Source: Psilocybe cubensis (lineage: Eukaryota). From it: DNA of 64,000 bases. The notes below the pieces were generated by a model. It searched no databases and was not told the origin of the DNA. It saw only the letters and a program-made list of their open reading frames with translations. Positions 61,586-64,000 of the stretch are shown one piece after another (position 1 is the first letter of the stretch; the number at the start of each line of letters is the position of its first letter). The position numbers were made by a program, and so were the translations under genes. Where the stretch lies: assembly GCA_017499595.2 (NCBI GenBank), contig CM038998.1:3038001-3102000 (forward strand). The letters run 5' to 3'.

Positions 61586-64000
61586 CTACAATTTTCGTCG
61601 TTTACCTTGTCCTGGTGCATCAATTGCCGCGCTCTTCCGCTTGACGCTCTCCACCAGGTTTTGAAGACTTTTGCTGCCTTGGTCGGGAAGGTCTTTCTTT
61701 GGAATGGGGATACTCTCATCACGATCTCCCCACAATTCTCTTTGCCGTCGTTGTCGCTCATCAAGCAGTGCGGACATGGCCTTGGTCTTTTTAAAGCTGT
61801 ACAAGAAAATCAGTACACCTGCTAGAAATCTCAAAGGAAAGAAAACCAACTGAGGGTTACTGGGATCAATGGCAAATTTATGATCCTCGAAAAGAGCCTT
61901 GAACCGCTCATCCTTGACATCGACGGTGAAATCTTCCTGCGCTTCGGCGTCATCTTCTAATTTGCCCTTTCGTCCTTTCCGCCTCTTTTTCTGCTTCTCG
62001 GATTTGATGACGGATTTGAGGTTGAAATGTTTGGGCTCGGCGTTGGGATTATCTGATGCAACCAGTAGCGCCAGTTCCTCTGCAGTTGCTTCCTGTTTTG
62101 AAGATGCCTCTTCATTTTGAGCAGGCTTCGTTTTGCCTTTTTTCGTTTTCGGAGCGGGCTTGTCTTGGTCACTATCTGGCTCAAAGAATTCATCATCCAA
62201 CACCTTTTCTTTCTCCTTTTCCTTTGGTTTGGCTTCCTTGAGCTCCTCCTTCCTCTTTTTCCTTTTCTCTCTCATTTTGCGCTGGTATTTCTCCAACGAA
62301 GTCTCGTTTTCCTCATCCTTCTTTTCAGTCAGCCCTGGAGTAAAGGTAATTTCCATATCGACATCATCCTTCGCATCGTCGCCCCACCCTTCAGGCATGG
62401 CCTCATCGTTGCCCCCCAAAAGGAGTGCGCGCAGCTTATCTCTCGAAGCCTTCTTGTCCTTCTTCTTCTTCTTGGGAGCTGTTGCTGCGTCTTCACCTTC
62501 TGATTCGGACGAGGTGTTGGCGATGTACGCTCTGAAATCTGATTCTTCTATCTCTTTACGTGTTAGTGCTCGGCGGGTGATCTGGGTGCGCTCCGGATCG
62601 TCCTCGTCCCATGTGAGCTTGACTTTGGAGTGCCGTAGAGCCTAGAGTGTTGGGTGAGCTGTATGTGAAAGATCATGAGCTTTTGATGGGTAGCGTACAT
62701 CTGTGACGAATTCGACGGCTTTATATGTAGTGTTGAGTTCGTCCGTGGCTTCATCTCTGAGTTGACCCAAGTCAGTCGTAGGTTTATAAAGTCAGAAAAT
62801 TAAATACCGGGGTTCATTTTCAAAAGTCATGTCGTCGGGTACAAAGCTCATATCAAAAACGTTTGCAGAACGTTCCAGCTCAGTCCCTTCGAGCTCGTTG
62901 TAAATATGCGACGCAGCGTCCACAGTGTCGCATGTCACCACAGCATAATAATATCTAGCAGGTCCATTAACAAATTGTTTTACAACGTAAAATAAACGGC
63001 ACGCACCGTAGCCTTTCAAGCTGATACTTTCGCAACGCATCCTCGTCATACTCATCCTCGCCTCCAACTTCAAACACGGTCTTTTCATTGATTTCATCAA
63101 CGTCCAGATCCTTCTTTTTGAAAATCTCAGGTGGCGGGCCCTCTGTCTCCTCGCGCGCCATCCGCTCTTTTCCAAATTCGCTGGGGTACACACGGACACT
63201 GAGGACCTTGCCGCGGACGACGTTGACCTGCGCAGGGCCCTCGCCTCGCTTGCCCTTGCGGTCTTTCGTCCTCTCCGGCACCTTGGCGGCGGACGCGCGG
63301 ACGACGGGTGCGGTGGGCGAGACGAGGGACGCGCAGATTTTGTACAGGTGGCTCGCGCGGACGTGGTCCCAGTCGAGGTTGACTATCGCCAGTCGGCGCG
63401 ACCTTTGCCCGCCTGCGTCTTCGTTCTCGTCTTCGTCCTGGTGCGCTTTGGCGTAATTTGCGGCTTGCGCTTCGAGGTCTGCGAACGTGTCCTCGTCGAG
63501 GTCGATCTCTGCGTCTTCTTCTTCGTCGTCGTTTGGGACGGCTATAGGCCGCGAAGAGTCTCTGCCTAGCGTAACGAATCCATCATCCTCCTCCTCGTCC
63601 GAATCCTTTTCCTCTGCCTTTCCCTCCTCGTCCTCTTCGTCTGAAGACTCCAGGAGAACCTCTCCGCGTGCCAAATCAGGTTTTCTTGGTGCGCTCTCGG
63701 CATCTTCGTGTTGTTCAGCATCACGTTCGAGGCGGTAGAACCGTTTCAGGTCGTCCTGATCTTGCGTATCAGAGATGGGCCGCCCGTACTTGTCGACTTT
63801 GCGACCTGCTACACAGGACCCATCATGATCATATACATCAGCAAAGAGTATTGTCACACAACATGGTGGGACTGACCGGGCTTTTTCTTGTCCTTTTCGA
63901 AAACGCTCTTGAACCGCTCGTCGATGACAACTTTGTTGTTCTTGGTTTTGGGACGGCGGAAGCGGGGATCTGACTTGAGTCTTGCGAAACGGGGGTCGGA
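61586..64000 (-). CDS. ESF1: Pre-rRNA processing protein Esf1 (5' end truncated by the window)
   Basis: SDPRF, RLAIVNLDWDHV, VYPSEFGKERM, LRKYQLERLRYYYAV, LTWDEDD, and the NUC153 motif DERFKALFEDHKFAIDPSNP. Confidence 0.93.

Noticed and set aside
62117-62645. Plus-strand Phe/Ser-rich ORFs
   Set aside because: These are antisense to the Lys/Glu-rich ESF1 exon.

Overview
This is gene-dense eukaryotic DNA from a fungus, most likely an Agaricales basidiomycete: introns are short (about 45-65 nt, GT/GC-AG) and an AgaK1-type kinase relative is present. I reconstructed 31 spliced protein-coding genes by hand, two of them cut by the window edges. Most are housekeeping genes: Rab4, RBM39-like, PEX16, a CorA transporter, RRP36, NUS1, STN1, SEC17, AGM1/PCM1, DUG3, ICE2, MoaE, IRC3, a PsuG-PsuK fusion, AAC, SIZ1, NudC and ESF1. 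The 1-22 kb part is enriched in small-molecule catabolic genes: an isochorismatase-family hydrolase, D-serine dehydratase, RidA, a DAL5/TNA1-type MFS carrier, and a compact three-gene unit. That unit is the best candidate for an undescribed pathway. It consists of a prokaryote-type IlvC-like oxidoreductase with no presequence and altered active-site motifs, a divergently transcribed L-rhamnose-1-dehydrogenase-like SDR, and a cupin. Other oddities are a pseudokinase, a CorA with SLN instead of GMN, microexon cascades (6-16 nt exons), GC-AG introns, very tight gene packing and a GC-rich island inside ESF1. I could not support any rRNA, tRNA, CRISPR array or transposase. Gene boundaries come from manual splicing and family calls from recalled motifs; no database search was run.
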